Program-made: the position numbers and the translations under genes
The notes under the pieces: generated by a model
The model's input: only the letters and a program-made list of their open reading frames with translations
Databases searched by the model: none
What the model was told of the DNA's origin: nothing
Assembly: GCA_947085185.1 (NCBI GenBank)
Contig: CAMTVK010000006.1
Location: 34,839 to 98,838 of the forward strand
DNA from: Candidatus Fraserbacteria bacterium
GTDB taxonomy: Bacteria; Bipolaricaulota; Bipolaricaulia; RBG-16-55-9; DRXL01
Direction: 5' to 3'
Length of the DNA: 64,000 nt
In this document: one piece after another, positions 16,486 through 25,623 of the stretch
Layout of the letters: each line of letters opens with the position of its first letter
Numbering within the stretch: the first letter of the stretch is position 1

Positions 16486-19194
16486 CTAGCGCATCACGAG
16501 CATCACGATGATCCCCTCGCCCTCGGTGAGGGGCTCGAGGGCTTTGCCGATGATCGCTCCCTCGCACTTTTGAATGCTATCGCAGCGCATGGCGTAGCCC
16601 GGCTGAGAAGCGCTTGTCAGAAGATCTCCCGGACGTATAGGGCCGTTCTCGGCAGTCACTTTCACCGGGACGCGCCCCAAGAGCGCTAGGAGAGCTTGCT
16701 GTGGCGAGCGATCCTGTGCCCCCAGCACAACTCCCGGGGCCGTCGAGATCACCCCGGCAACTAAGGGGCTGTAGGGTGTGCGCGCTTTGCGATAGTGTTT
16801 GGGATTTTGGGGATCGAGCTCGACGACGTCCCCAGGCGCGACGGCTTCAGAGACGGCGATAAACTCAGCGACGTCGGCGCCACCGGGATTGAGGGAGCCG
16901 TCAGTGCAGACGTTGCCCGTCGCGCGCTCGACGCGGAAGATCGCCCCTGTATTGGTGCAAGCTGGCGACACCGTGCTCCAGTGGACGGCCATATTATTGT
17001 TGAGTATCTGCGAATTGAAGCCGATCTGGGTCGCATCGCTTGGGCTCACTTGCACGCCGATGGTCGCACTGCCGCCCTTATCGGCAAAAGCGCAGCCGCC
17101 ACCAAAGTCTACGTCTTGATAGTTGAAGAGCACGTTGTTATTGCTCTCGAAGAGGACGATTTGGAAGCGCACGGTCACGCCAGAGTTGGTGCTACAGGTA
17201 TAGTGTCCTACATTGCGCCACTCGATGACCAATTCTCGATTGGGGGCTGAGCCCAACACTTGCCAGAAGACGTTCTGGGTCGTGCCGGTGCCGCCGGGTC
17301 CCGGGAAGAGATCGTCCCAGAAGGGCGCGATGAGCGTCGTGAAGGAAGTATAGGGAAGCTGCTGATTGCTATACTGCAAACCGGTGTTATTGGTGAAGCT
17401 CAATAGGCCGTTTGCGTTGACATGGACGGTGCTGTAGCTGCTTGTGCCAAACTGCACAGCGAATCCTGGGGTGATGGACGCCCAGGTATCATCCCCCAAG
17501 TTGAGATTCGTCCCAGTGATCGTGCGATAGTTTGGAGAGGGCGTCGTACAGCTGTAAGAACCTTGCACGCCGCCGACCTGCACGGTCGTAGATTCTCCGT
17601 TGGAGAAATTGAGCGTGAAGGTGCCGATCTGGCAAGCGTCGCCGGGCGTCCAAGTCCCTGAATAGATGCCGTCGTTGGCAGCCAAGTCGGGCGCGACGCC
17701 GTTGTCTACGAGGTTGACGACTGTTCCGCCGGGGTTGATCGTCACTGTGAGAGCGCCTGCGGGAGCTGCGCAGTTAATGTTGAGCACCGCGATCGTCACC
17801 GGTGCTCCGCCGCCCACAGTGGCGAATGGTCGCAGGACCCCGAAGAACGGCGCGTTGGTGCAGGAGAGCGCCTGGAAGGCGTTGATGCGGCGCGCTGTGA
17901 CTGACTTGCCTTGCAAGCTCAATTTGACGTCCCCAGTGGAGAAGATCAAGTTGCGAATAGCGATCCAGTCGCGGCTGGGGCTGTGAGCTTTCAGTAGCGC
18001 GGCCAAGCCCGTGACGTGCGGCGTGGCCATCGAGGTGCCGCTGAAGGTGCTGTAGGTGTTGTTCGGAGTGGTGCTGAGAATGTTCTTCCCTGGAGCCCCG
18101 ACGTGAACGGTGCGCAGACCGTAATTGGAAGCCCCGAAGGTAAAAGTCGCTAAGTTGTCTCTGTCGTCCGTAGCCGCCACGGCGATGATGTTGGGCAAGT
18201 AGTAATTGCTTGGGTAGTGAGGGATCGCATCGTTATCTGTCCCGTCGTTGCCTGCAGCGGCGATGAACAAAATTCCGGCGTTCATGTGAGCTCTGATGGC
18301 ATCCAAGAGCGCTTGCGAGAAGCCGCCGCCGCCCCAGGAGTTGTTGGTGGCGACGATGTTCTCGCCTTGGTTTTTCTCCGTCAAGACGTACTGCAAACAC
18401 GAGATCGCGCCGGCTGTCGAACCGCTGCCGCCAGCTCCTAAGAACTTACAATGGCCGACTTTCACATCCCAGTTGACGCCTACGACCCCGACGCCGTTGT
18501 TGCCGCGCGCGCCGATTGTCCCAGCGACGTGCGTGCCGTGACCGTTGTCGTCCCTGGGATCGCTATCGTTGTTGAAGGTATCTATTCCGTAGATGTCGTC
18601 CACCCAGCCGTTGCTGTCGTCATCTATGCCATTGCCGGGAATTTCATTGGGGTTGACCCAGCGATTGGCTGAAAGGTCTTCGTGATTGTAGTCGCCTCCG
18701 GTGTCAATCACAAAGACCACGACGCTGCTGCTGCCCGTGGAGAGATCCCAAGCTTCGGGCGCGTCAATGTCAGCGTCGGGCGTGCCGCCGGTCTGGCCGG
18801 TGTTGTGCAGGCCGTAGAGCTGACTGAAGGACGGGTCATTGGGCGTGAGCTGTATCTGTTGGGCTTTGCGCACAATGTAATTGGGCTCGGCGTACAGCAC
18901 GTCGGGGTTTTTTCTATAGAGCCGTATGGCTTCCGGCACGCTGAGGCTCGCTGGGAGACGCACGAGCTGCAGATTGGGCACGATCTCGAAGGTCTTGAGC
19001 ACTCTTGCGCCAAGCATGTTATGAACCTGGCTTGCGTCGACCCCGAGTTTGACCCGCACCAAAAGTTCATTAGGGACAAATTCGCCGGTTGGCTCTCTAT
19101 CTTTCTGTCCTTGTACCGTTGCGGTCATGCTCACGAGCGCGAGGAGTGCGGTAAGCACTGTGATCTTCAGCGCAGATCGTGTTATGGATCCCAT
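16486..19194 (-). CDS. Secreted subtilisin-family (S8) serine peptidase with I9 propeptide, large middle region and an unassigned ~150-aa C-terminal domain
   Basis: Signal peptide. Catalytic triad contexts VIDTGGD, DDNGHGTHVAGT, GTSMATPHVTG. Long Gly/Thr/Ser-rich beta-rich middle. The C-terminal ~150 aa (AIFRVERATGNV...GYAMRC...KCEGAIIGKALEPLTEGEGIIVMLVMR) is shared with the next gene. Confidence 0.85.
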   Translation of the reverse strand: MGSITRSALKITVLTALLALVSMTATVQGQKDREPTGEFVPNELLVRVKLGVDASQVHNMLGARVLKTFEIVPNLQLVRLPASLSVPEAIRLYRKNPDVLYAEPNYIVRKAQQIQLTPNDPSFSQLYGLHNTGQTGGTPDADIDAPEAWDLSTGSSSVVVFVIDTGGDYNHEDLSANRWVNPNEIPGNGIDDDSNGWVDDIYGIDTFNNDSDPRDDNGHGTHVAGTIGARGNNGVGVVGVNWDVKVGHCKFLGAGGSGSTAGAISCLQYVLTEKNQGENIVATNNSWGGGGFSQALLDAIRAHMNAGILFIAAAGNDGTDNDAIPHYPSNYYLPNIIAVAATDDRDNLATFTFGASNYGLRTVHVGAPGKNILSTTPNNTYSTFSGTSMATPHVTGLAALLKAHSPSRDWIAIRNLIFSTGDVKLSLQGKSVTARRINAFQALSCTNAPFFGVLRPFATVGGGAPVTIAVLNINCAAPAGALTVTINPGGTVVNLVDNGVAPDLAANDGIYSGTWTPGDACQIGTFTLNFSNGESTTVQVGGVQGSYSCTTPSPNYRTITGTNLNLGDDTWASITPGFAVQFGTSSYSTVHVNANGLLSFTNNTGLQYSNQQLPYTSFTTLIAPFWDDLFPGPGGTGTTQNVFWQVLGSAPNRELVIEWRNVGHYTCSTNSGVTVRFQIVLFESNNNVLFNYQDVDFGGGCAFADKGGSATIGVQVSPSDATQIGFNSQILNNNMAVHWSTVSPACTNTGAIFRVERATGNVCTDGSLNPGGADVAEFIAVSEAVAPGDVVELDPQNPKHYRKARTPYSPLVAGVISTAPGVVLGAQDRSPQQALLALLGRVPVKVTAENGPIRPGDLLTSASQPGYAMRCDSIQKCEGAIIGKALEPLTEGEGIIVMLVMR

Positions 19195-19204
19195 GCTTTA
19201 CCTC

Positions 19205-20566
19205 CTAGCGTAACATGACTTGCACTTCGATCACACCTGTGCCCTCGGTGAGGGGCTCGAGAGCCTTCCCGATCACGGCGCCGACGCACTGGCTCTTCTC
19301 CGGGCACCTCATCGCATACCCGGGGATCGGCGAGCTCACCAACAGATCGCCGACTTGGATGGCTCCATACTTGGCTGTCACCTTGACGGGCACGCGCCCG
19401 GCCAACGCCAAGATCGGGCGAGTATCGCTGCTCTTGGCGCTCTGGTTGCCCAATATAACTCCCGGAGCTGTCGAAATGACCCCGGCGACGCGATGGCTTA
19501 TGGCCTCGCGGGCCTTGCGGAACTTGCCCGGATTGTCTGGGTCAATCTCGACGACATCGCCCGCTTCGAGCGGTTCGGTAGTATCGATGCGCTCGGCGAC
19601 GTCGGCCCCGCCGCCGGTGATCGAGCCAGCGGCGTAGACGTTGCCCGTCGTGCGCTCGACGCGGAAGATCAAGCCTGTAGCTGAGCCAGAGCCCGTGTTA
19701 TAAATTTCCAGAGCATTGGTACCGCTGGAGCTGTCGATGCGCAGGCCCGGCTGATTGGCAGTGTTATTGATATGGGTCTTGGCGCTGGGGCTGGAGGTGC
19801 CAATCCCGAGGTTGCCATCGGCGGTCAACCTCATCCATTCAGGGGGCGCTGTGCTACCGCTATGCGCCGCCCACGCAAACCCTCCCCCACTCACGTGGCG
19901 GAAGTCGGATCGACTAGCCCCAGCCACATCCCGGTAGACGATCCCCACGACACTCGTAGGTGTTGAGAATTCTATCCGTCCTACTTCGCTGGTACCACTA
20001 TTGAGAAACCAGCGCTGGAGACCCGTAGGTCGAATGTGGGAGCGCTCGATGCTTCCGCTGTCAGTGTAGAACTCTACAATGTTCACGCCCGCTGGGGCGT
20101 TCACCCGCAGGTTATCGTTGATCGTCTGCACCAACGGCTGCAGGCGCGGATTTTGAGCTACTTCCCCCACCGTAGGGCCACTCAACAGGGTCAAGGGCGG
20201 TGCCACTTGTCCGGCCTTCCCCCGCACCAGCGCTAATTTCCCCAGCTTCTTGGTCACGTTGCCAAACTCATCTTTCATAGTGACGGTATAGAGATAGACG
20301 CCACTGGCGACCGGCTGCCCTTGCATATTCAACATCTTCCAATCCAACGCCACGCCATTCACAGCCCCCGAATCGAAGATCTTCTGACCCGCTAACGAGA
20401 TGATCTCGACTCGCAGCTCCTTGACCGAGCCTTGGGCGGAGAACCGCACCGCATCGCTGTAGGTTGTCACGGTCAGGGAGACTGACTGGGCCAAGACTCC
20501 CAAGCCCAGCACGAACACGACTGCCACCCCGACAAGAAGACCCCGCAGAACCTGCCGCTGCATCAT
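19205..20566 (-). CDS. Secreted beta-sandwich protein (FlgD-Ig-like N-terminal domain) with the same unassigned C-terminal domain
   Basis: Signal peptide (MMQRQVLRGLLVGVAVVFVLGLGVLA). N-terminal domain has a GVYLYTV-type Ig-like motif. The C-terminal ~155 aa is ~65% identical to the C-terminus of the S8 peptidase. Confidence 0.6.
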   Translation of the reverse strand: MMQRQVLRGLLVGVAVVFVLGLGVLAQSVSLTVTTYSDAVRFSAQGSVKELRVEIISLAGQKIFDSGAVNGVALDWKMLNMQGQPVASGVYLYTVTMKDEFGNVTKKLGKLALVRGKAGQVAPPLTLLSGPTVGEVAQNPRLQPLVQTINDNLRVNAPAGVNIVEFYTDSGSIERSHIRPTGLQRWFLNSGTSEVGRIEFSTPTSVVGIVYRDVAGASRSDFRHVSGGGFAWAAHSGSTAPPEWMRLTADGNLGIGTSSPSAKTHINNTANQPGLRIDSSSGTNALEIYNTGSGSATGLIFRVERTTGNVYAAGSITGGGADVAERIDTTEPLEAGDVVEIDPDNPGKFRKAREAISHRVAGVISTAPGVILGNQSAKSSDTRPILALAGRVPVKVTAKYGAIQVGDLLVSSPIPGYAMRCPEKSQCVGAVIGKALEPLTEGTGVIEVQVMLR

Positions 20567-20651
20567 CGTGATGCGCCTCCTTCTTCATGACGAGTGTGTA
20601 ACACAAATTATAGACCTTACTCCCCCCTTCTGTCTAGTCCATCCTGCTCTA

Positions 20652-22073
20652 TCAATCAAGAAGGCTCTCCAACAAGCTCTCATAAGTCTGAACAGCTACG
20701 GATAAGTCAAACTGTGCTATGCGCTCGCGACCCCTGTGAGCCAGCTCCTGCCGCAGCTGCCTGTCTAAGAGCAGCTGCTCTATCCCATGAGCTAAAGCCT
20801 TGGGATCACCTGAGGGCACAAGCAAACCCGCTCGCCCTTCGTCTAAATACTCTCGTACACTTGGTGAGCAATCGGTTGCGAGCACAGGAAGCCCCAATGC
20901 CATCGCCTCGCCGATGACATTGGGCAGTCCTTCTGTCAAGGACGAGAGTACAAAGAGATCTGCGCGTGCCATGTACTTCCAAGGATTTTCCTGGAAGCCC
21001 AACAGCGCAACTCGATCAGTTAAGCCCAATTCTACAATCAAGTTCTCTAAAGCACTTCGTTCCTCACCCTCACCGATGATCACGAGGTTCACTTTCATTG
21101 AGAGCTGTGCCACCGCCCGAATCAGTATATCAAACCCTTTGAGCTTGACGAGTCGGCCCACAGCTATGAGGAGCGGTTCCCTTCGCTCATCGAACCAGGG
21201 GTGGAGGACTGGCTCAGCTGCTTGTACACATACGTTTTGCACGTCAATAGGGTTGTAGATTACAACAATCTTCTCTGCAGGCAGACCGAAGTTCTCGATG
21301 AGATCTCGTTTGATGCCCTGCGCCACCGCTACTATCACATCGGCTCGTGGGTAAAGGAGCCGAACAAGCCAGCGCAATAGGAAACGCTCATAGCGCTCAA
21401 GTTTGCTGTGTTGAAGAATCCGGCTAGTCACATCATGGACATTGACCACAACTTTCAGGTGACGATCAAAGAAAAGCTTCGCCAGAATTGCGATGATATT
21501 TGACAATGTGATTGAGCTGACTACGACTCCACAGCCGCTCTCCCGCGCTACCGCCGCGAGTCGGCGCGCCTGCCACAGCAGAGAATAGCAGTAGTAAGCA
21601 GGTTTAATCTTGCGTAACCAACGTAAGAGCGTGCCGATCAATCTTAAAGGCACACTTGCAACAAAGTAAGTTGTTGTGAGTATCACTTGCGAAAAACGCT
21701 GCTTTGCACGAGACAGGAGAGCTTTGATCTGCCAGAGGAAAGACCTGAATGCCCTTTGGGGAGGTTCTGTAACTGATATAAAGAAGGCTCTAACTGCTTG
21801 TATGCCCTTCCCCAATACTCTCAAGGAGCGGACTAATCGAGACGCTTTATTCTCAACAATAGAAAGCGCGAAGATCTCCAATAGAGGCACACTGGTGCTG
21901 ACTATTCTCAGGAGCGGACCGCGCTTCAGTTGCAGAAGCAGGATAGGTCGATGGGACCTCAAATTGTTGACGTAATTGATGCAGACGCGCTCGGCCCCTC
22001 CGGCCTCTAACGTTGGGATGAAGAAAAGAACTCTTTTTTTAATCTGCTCCAAATCCGCTTGTGGCATAGTCAC
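20652..22073 (-). CDS. Glycosyltransferase family 4 (GT4) with extended N-terminal region
   Basis: C-terminal GT-B domain with the E-x7-E region (SLTEGLPNVIGEAMALGLPVLATD). Confidence 0.75.
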   Translation of the reverse strand: MTMPQADLEQIKKRVLFFIPTLEAGGAERVCINYVNNLRSHRPILLLQLKRGPLLRIVSTSVPLLEIFALSIVENKASRLVRSLRVLGKGIQAVRAFFISVTEPPQRAFRSFLWQIKALLSRAKQRFSQVILTTTYFVASVPLRLIGTLLRWLRKIKPAYYCYSLLWQARRLAAVARESGCGVVVSSITLSNIIAILAKLFFDRHLKVVVNVHDVTSRILQHSKLERYERFLLRWLVRLLYPRADVIVAVAQGIKRDLIENFGLPAEKIVVIYNPIDVQNVCVQAAEPVLHPWFDERREPLLIAVGRLVKLKGFDILIRAVAQLSMKVNLVIIGEGEERSALENLIVELGLTDRVALLGFQENPWKYMARADLFVLSSLTEGLPNVIGEAMALGLPVLATDCSPSVREYLDEGRAGLLVPSGDPKALAHGIEQLLLDRQLRQELAHRGRERIAQFDLSVAVQTYESLLESLLD

Positions 22074-23245
22074 ACAACCTCCATGATAAGTTGCTCGTAT
22101 TGTTTGACTATCTTAGGAGCATCAAAGTCTTTAGCCCGTTGAGGACCTAGCTCAGCGAGCTTAGTGCGCAGTTCATGATCCTGTAACAACTTGAGCATTG
22201 CGGCGGCCAAAGCTTCTTCATCTGCTGGTGGCACTAAAACCCCGTACTGCCCGCCTTGTAAGATTTCAGCAGGCCCCGAAAGACAATCGGTCGAGATGAC
22301 AGGGCAACCGCAAGTCAGAGCCTCCAAAATGACGTTGGCAAGGCCCTCCACTAGTGACGGAAGGACCAGTGCAGTTACCTTGCTCATGTAGCTAAAAGGA
22401 TTGGGTGTAGCTCCAATAAAGTCAACTTTGTCTTCCACATGCAAGGCTTTCGCCAGCTCTTGCAGTGCCCCTTTCTCTTCTCCTTCACCAACGACTAGTA
22501 ACCGTGCTGGCTTCTCTGAATTTGCGATTTTTAAAGCATTGAGCAAGATATCTACACCCTTGAACTTGACGAGTCTACCGACAAAGAGGAAGATCGGAAC
22601 CTGAGCTGCAAACCAAGGGTGAGTGACAGGTTCTTGACTTAAATCCTGGATTTTTCGGACATCTAAAGGGTTATAGATCACATGCAAATGGTTGTGGGGA
22701 ATCCCCCATTTGGTGGTAAGGTCATCAGCAATTCCTTGACTAATACAAACGATTGGATTGAGCTCTCGCAGGCGAGGTGCCCAAAACATCCGAAACTCCC
22801 TGTGGGCGGGATTCTGCATGAGGGTATTTGAAAGGTGGCTGGCTAAGCGGGCGATTACTTTTACTTTGTGGCGCAGGCTAGCCTTATAAGCCACGAGGGA
22901 GGTTAAGAAATTCGTTGTTAAAACGCAATCTATTTGCCGTTGGACAAGATGATGTGTTAATCTGCTTGACAACAATTCTAGCCACACGAAGGATTCGCAC
23001 TCTCCCAGCAAGCTCAGAGGGATGTCGACGACCAACTTTTCCGAAGGTGGTAAGGGTTGCGAATTCAACACAAACACGGGGATACCGGATGGAAGGGAGT
23101 AAAATGACTGACCTTCATGGAAAACTGTCAACTCAACCGCTATGTGCGAGCTGACATGCTGCAAGAAGGTCGAGACGAACCGCTCCACCCCGCCGGGAAC
23201 ATGCAGGGTCTCGGTCAGCAGAGTCATCTTAACTTTACGTGCCAT
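22070..23245 (-). CDS. Glycosyltransferase family 4
   Basis: VGRLVKFKGVDILL...SLVEGLANVILEALTCGCPVISTD GT4 signature. Translationally coupled to its neighbours (4-nt overlaps). Confidence 0.8.
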   Translation of the reverse strand: MARKVKMTLLTETLHVPGGVERFVSTFLQHVSSHIAVELTVFHEGQSFYSLPSGIPVFVLNSQPLPPSEKLVVDIPLSLLGECESFVWLELLSSRLTHHLVQRQIDCVLTTNFLTSLVAYKASLRHKVKVIARLASHLSNTLMQNPAHREFRMFWAPRLRELNPIVCISQGIADDLTTKWGIPHNHLHVIYNPLDVRKIQDLSQEPVTHPWFAAQVPIFLFVGRLVKFKGVDILLNALKIANSEKPARLLVVGEGEEKGALQELAKALHVEDKVDFIGATPNPFSYMSKVTALVLPSLVEGLANVILEALTCGCPVISTDCLSGPAEILQGGQYGVLVPPADEEALAAAMLKLLQDHELRTKLAELGPQRAKDFDAPKIVKQYEQLIMEVV

Positions 23246-24422
23246 AAGTGTCTCGTATGACCTGCACGTACTGATTTACGATCTTCCGAGCTTCGAAATC
23301 CTGAGCCCGTTGTCGGCCTTGTTCGGCAAGCTGCTGTCGCAACGCAGGATCACTTAGCACTTTGGTGATAGCCTCTGCAAGGGCTCGAGCATCAGCCACC
23401 GGCACCAAGAGTCCATAACGCCCGCCACCCAGGATCTCAGCGGGACCGGAGGGACAATCTGTTGCAATCACGGGACAGCCGCAAGCAAGAGCCTCTGCAA
23501 TTACATAGCCAAATCCCTCATACAAAGAAGACAAGACGAACACCGTCGAACGGGCAAAATACTTGAACGGGTTCTTTTGCTTGCCTGCAAACCAAATGCA
23601 GTGTTGAATACCTAATTCCGCAGCTAAATCCTCTAATCTTTGGTGCTCGTCCCCTTCACCTAGAAGGATCAAACGTGCAAGGTTACCCTGCTTGTGGACA
23701 AGGCTTAGTGCACGGAGCAGATAGTCAAAACCTTTCTGCGGAGCTAAGCGACCTGCTGCCGTGATGATCGGCGTGCATTCAGCCATCCAAGGATGGTCAA
23801 CAGGCTCTGACACCAGTTTCTCGATCTGTTGAAGATCCAGAGGATAGGGGATCACTGTGATCTGCTGTTGGGTAACTTTGAAGTTATGCATAAGATCGGA
23901 AGCTACGCCTTCGCTTGGACAAACAATTTTGTCGGCCTTCTGAAGATGCTCACGCCCCAAGAACATGTAAAGCGGGCCTTTGGGAGCATGGGAAAGCATT
24001 GTGGAAGCGTGATTATCCACGGAGCCTACGAAGCAGATCTCCTTCGGCCAATACTTGCGTGATAGCAAACACAACGTGGACGCGAAGAGTTCGCGTGCGA
24101 ACACGACATCCGGCCTCCTTTGGTGTACCAGTTCGGCCAGCTTAAGGGCAGTTAGCTCAAGCCAAATAAAGTCTTCACGGGCTCCCAAGAGTTGAATCGG
24201 GATATCCACGCGAATCGAGTCGACATGCGGCAGCGGATTGCGCTCCAAGATGTGCGTTTGAATTTCCAGAGGGATAGGGTAAAAAACCTCTCGATTAAAG
24301 ATCATGACTAATTCGACGTCAAATAAACTGCGATCCAAATATCTCAAAAGAATGGTTATATTACGTCCTACTCCGCCCAGAGGCAAGCCGTGGGTGACGA
24401 TCATCAGCTTAATTTTCCTCAT
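23235..24422 (-). CDS. Glycosyltransferase family 4
   Basis: AGRLAPQKGFDYLL...SLYEGFGYVIAEALACGCPVIATD. Confidence 0.8.
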   Translation of the reverse strand: MRKIKLMIVTHGLPLGGVGRNITILLRYLDRSLFDVELVMIFNREVFYPIPLEIQTHILERNPLPHVDSIRVDIPIQLLGAREDFIWLELTALKLAELVHQRRPDVVFARELFASTLCLLSRKYWPKEICFVGSVDNHASTMLSHAPKGPLYMFLGREHLQKADKIVCPSEGVASDLMHNFKVTQQQITVIPYPLDLQQIEKLVSEPVDHPWMAECTPIITAAGRLAPQKGFDYLLRALSLVHKQGNLARLILLGEGDEHQRLEDLAAELGIQHCIWFAGKQKNPFKYFARSTVFVLSSLYEGFGYVIAEALACGCPVIATDCPSGPAEILGGGRYGLLVPVADARALAEAITKVLSDPALRQQLAEQGRQRAQDFEARKIVNQYVQVIRDTYGT

Positions 24423-25623
24423 TATTGCTCTCCTCCCCAGACAGCAGCCTCAAGATTCTTTTTGTATACCGGCTAGTTATTTGGGGGGCATCAAAGGCTA
24501 AGGCGCGCGTTGGAGCCAGCCGGGCAAACTGTTCTCTGAGCTGCGGGTCTCTCAGTAGCTTCAGAATTCCTTCGGCCAGCGCTGGGGGACTTTCCATCGA
24601 CACTAAGAGGCCGTACTGTGTTGTCCCCTCAGCTAAGATTTCCGATGGCCCATACGGGCAGTTGGAAGCCACGATGGGGCAGCCGCAAGCCAGCGCTTCC
24701 ACCAAGGCGTAACCGAAACCTTCCCACCGAGAAGGAAAGGCGAATACCGTACACTTCTGCATGTACTTAAAAGGGTTCTGTTGGAAGCCTAAAAAAGCGA
24801 CATGAGGTGCTATGCCTAACTCCAGAGCGAGTTTGCGAAGGACGTCCTCCTGCGGACCTTCCCCGATGATGACACATCGCGCCGGAAGCTCCGCCCTGAC
24901 GCGAGCGAGCGCTTGAAGCAGGAGATCAAACCCTTTTTGCGGGGCAAGCCGACCCACCGCCAAGATAACAGACTCCAGCCCAGAGAAGAAGGGATGGTCC
25001 ACACTTTCTTTTGCTAGTTGCTGCACAGCTTTGACATCAATAGGGTACTGGATCAAAGTGATCTTTTCGGCTGGTATGCTGTAGCTTTGTTGTAACACTT
25101 CAGCGACACTGGCACTGGCGGTGATGAGACCATCTGCTTCACATAGTCTTGTTCGCGCCAGCTGCTTGTACAGCTCCCCATGCGACGCGGCACGAAAGTC
25201 GCTGGCAATCTCGGCACCAGCGACGACTATCACTTTGATAGAAGGAGCATGCTTTTTGGCGTATAAGCTAAGCATTCCGCAAAACAAGTTGAATGCCAAA
25301 ACCACTTGCGTCTTCTGCACCGTTATCACATCGGCCAATTTATGAGCCATGACTTCAAGCCAAGCAAGATCAGCGCTATAGCTCAGTGATTGTAAGGGTA
25401 TTTCAACATGTATTGATGGTATATTAGGCATTGGAGTCTTTTCTAGAACATGCCAGGGCACGTCACTGGGGATAGGGAAGAAGGGCTCTTGGTCAAAGAT
25501 GGTAACGAGTTCGATATCTAGCATCTTTCTGTCGAGATGGTGCAACAAGATGGAAACACACCGCTCCATACCCCCAACGCTTAAGGTTGGTGAGATGAGT
25601 ACAACCTTTGTTTTATGAGCCAT
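24409..25623 (-). CDS. Glycosyltransferase family 4
   Basis: VGRLAPQKGFDLLL...SRWEGFGYALVEALACGCPIVASN. MAHKTKVVLI start preferred over the track's upstream start at 25686. Confidence 0.8.
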   Translation of the reverse strand: MAHKTKVVLISPTLSVGGMERCVSILLHHLDRKMLDIELVTIFDQEPFFPIPSDVPWHVLEKTPMPNIPSIHVEIPLQSLSYSADLAWLEVMAHKLADVITVQKTQVVLAFNLFCGMLSLYAKKHAPSIKVIVVAGAEIASDFRAASHGELYKQLARTRLCEADGLITASASVAEVLQQSYSIPAEKITLIQYPIDVKAVQQLAKESVDHPFFSGLESVILAVGRLAPQKGFDLLLQALARVRAELPARCVIIGEGPQEDVLRKLALELGIAPHVAFLGFQQNPFKYMQKCTVFAFPSRWEGFGYALVEALACGCPIVASNCPYGPSEILAEGTTQYGLLVSMESPPALAEGILKLLRDPQLREQFARLAPTRALAFDAPQITSRYTKRILRLLSGEESNNEEN

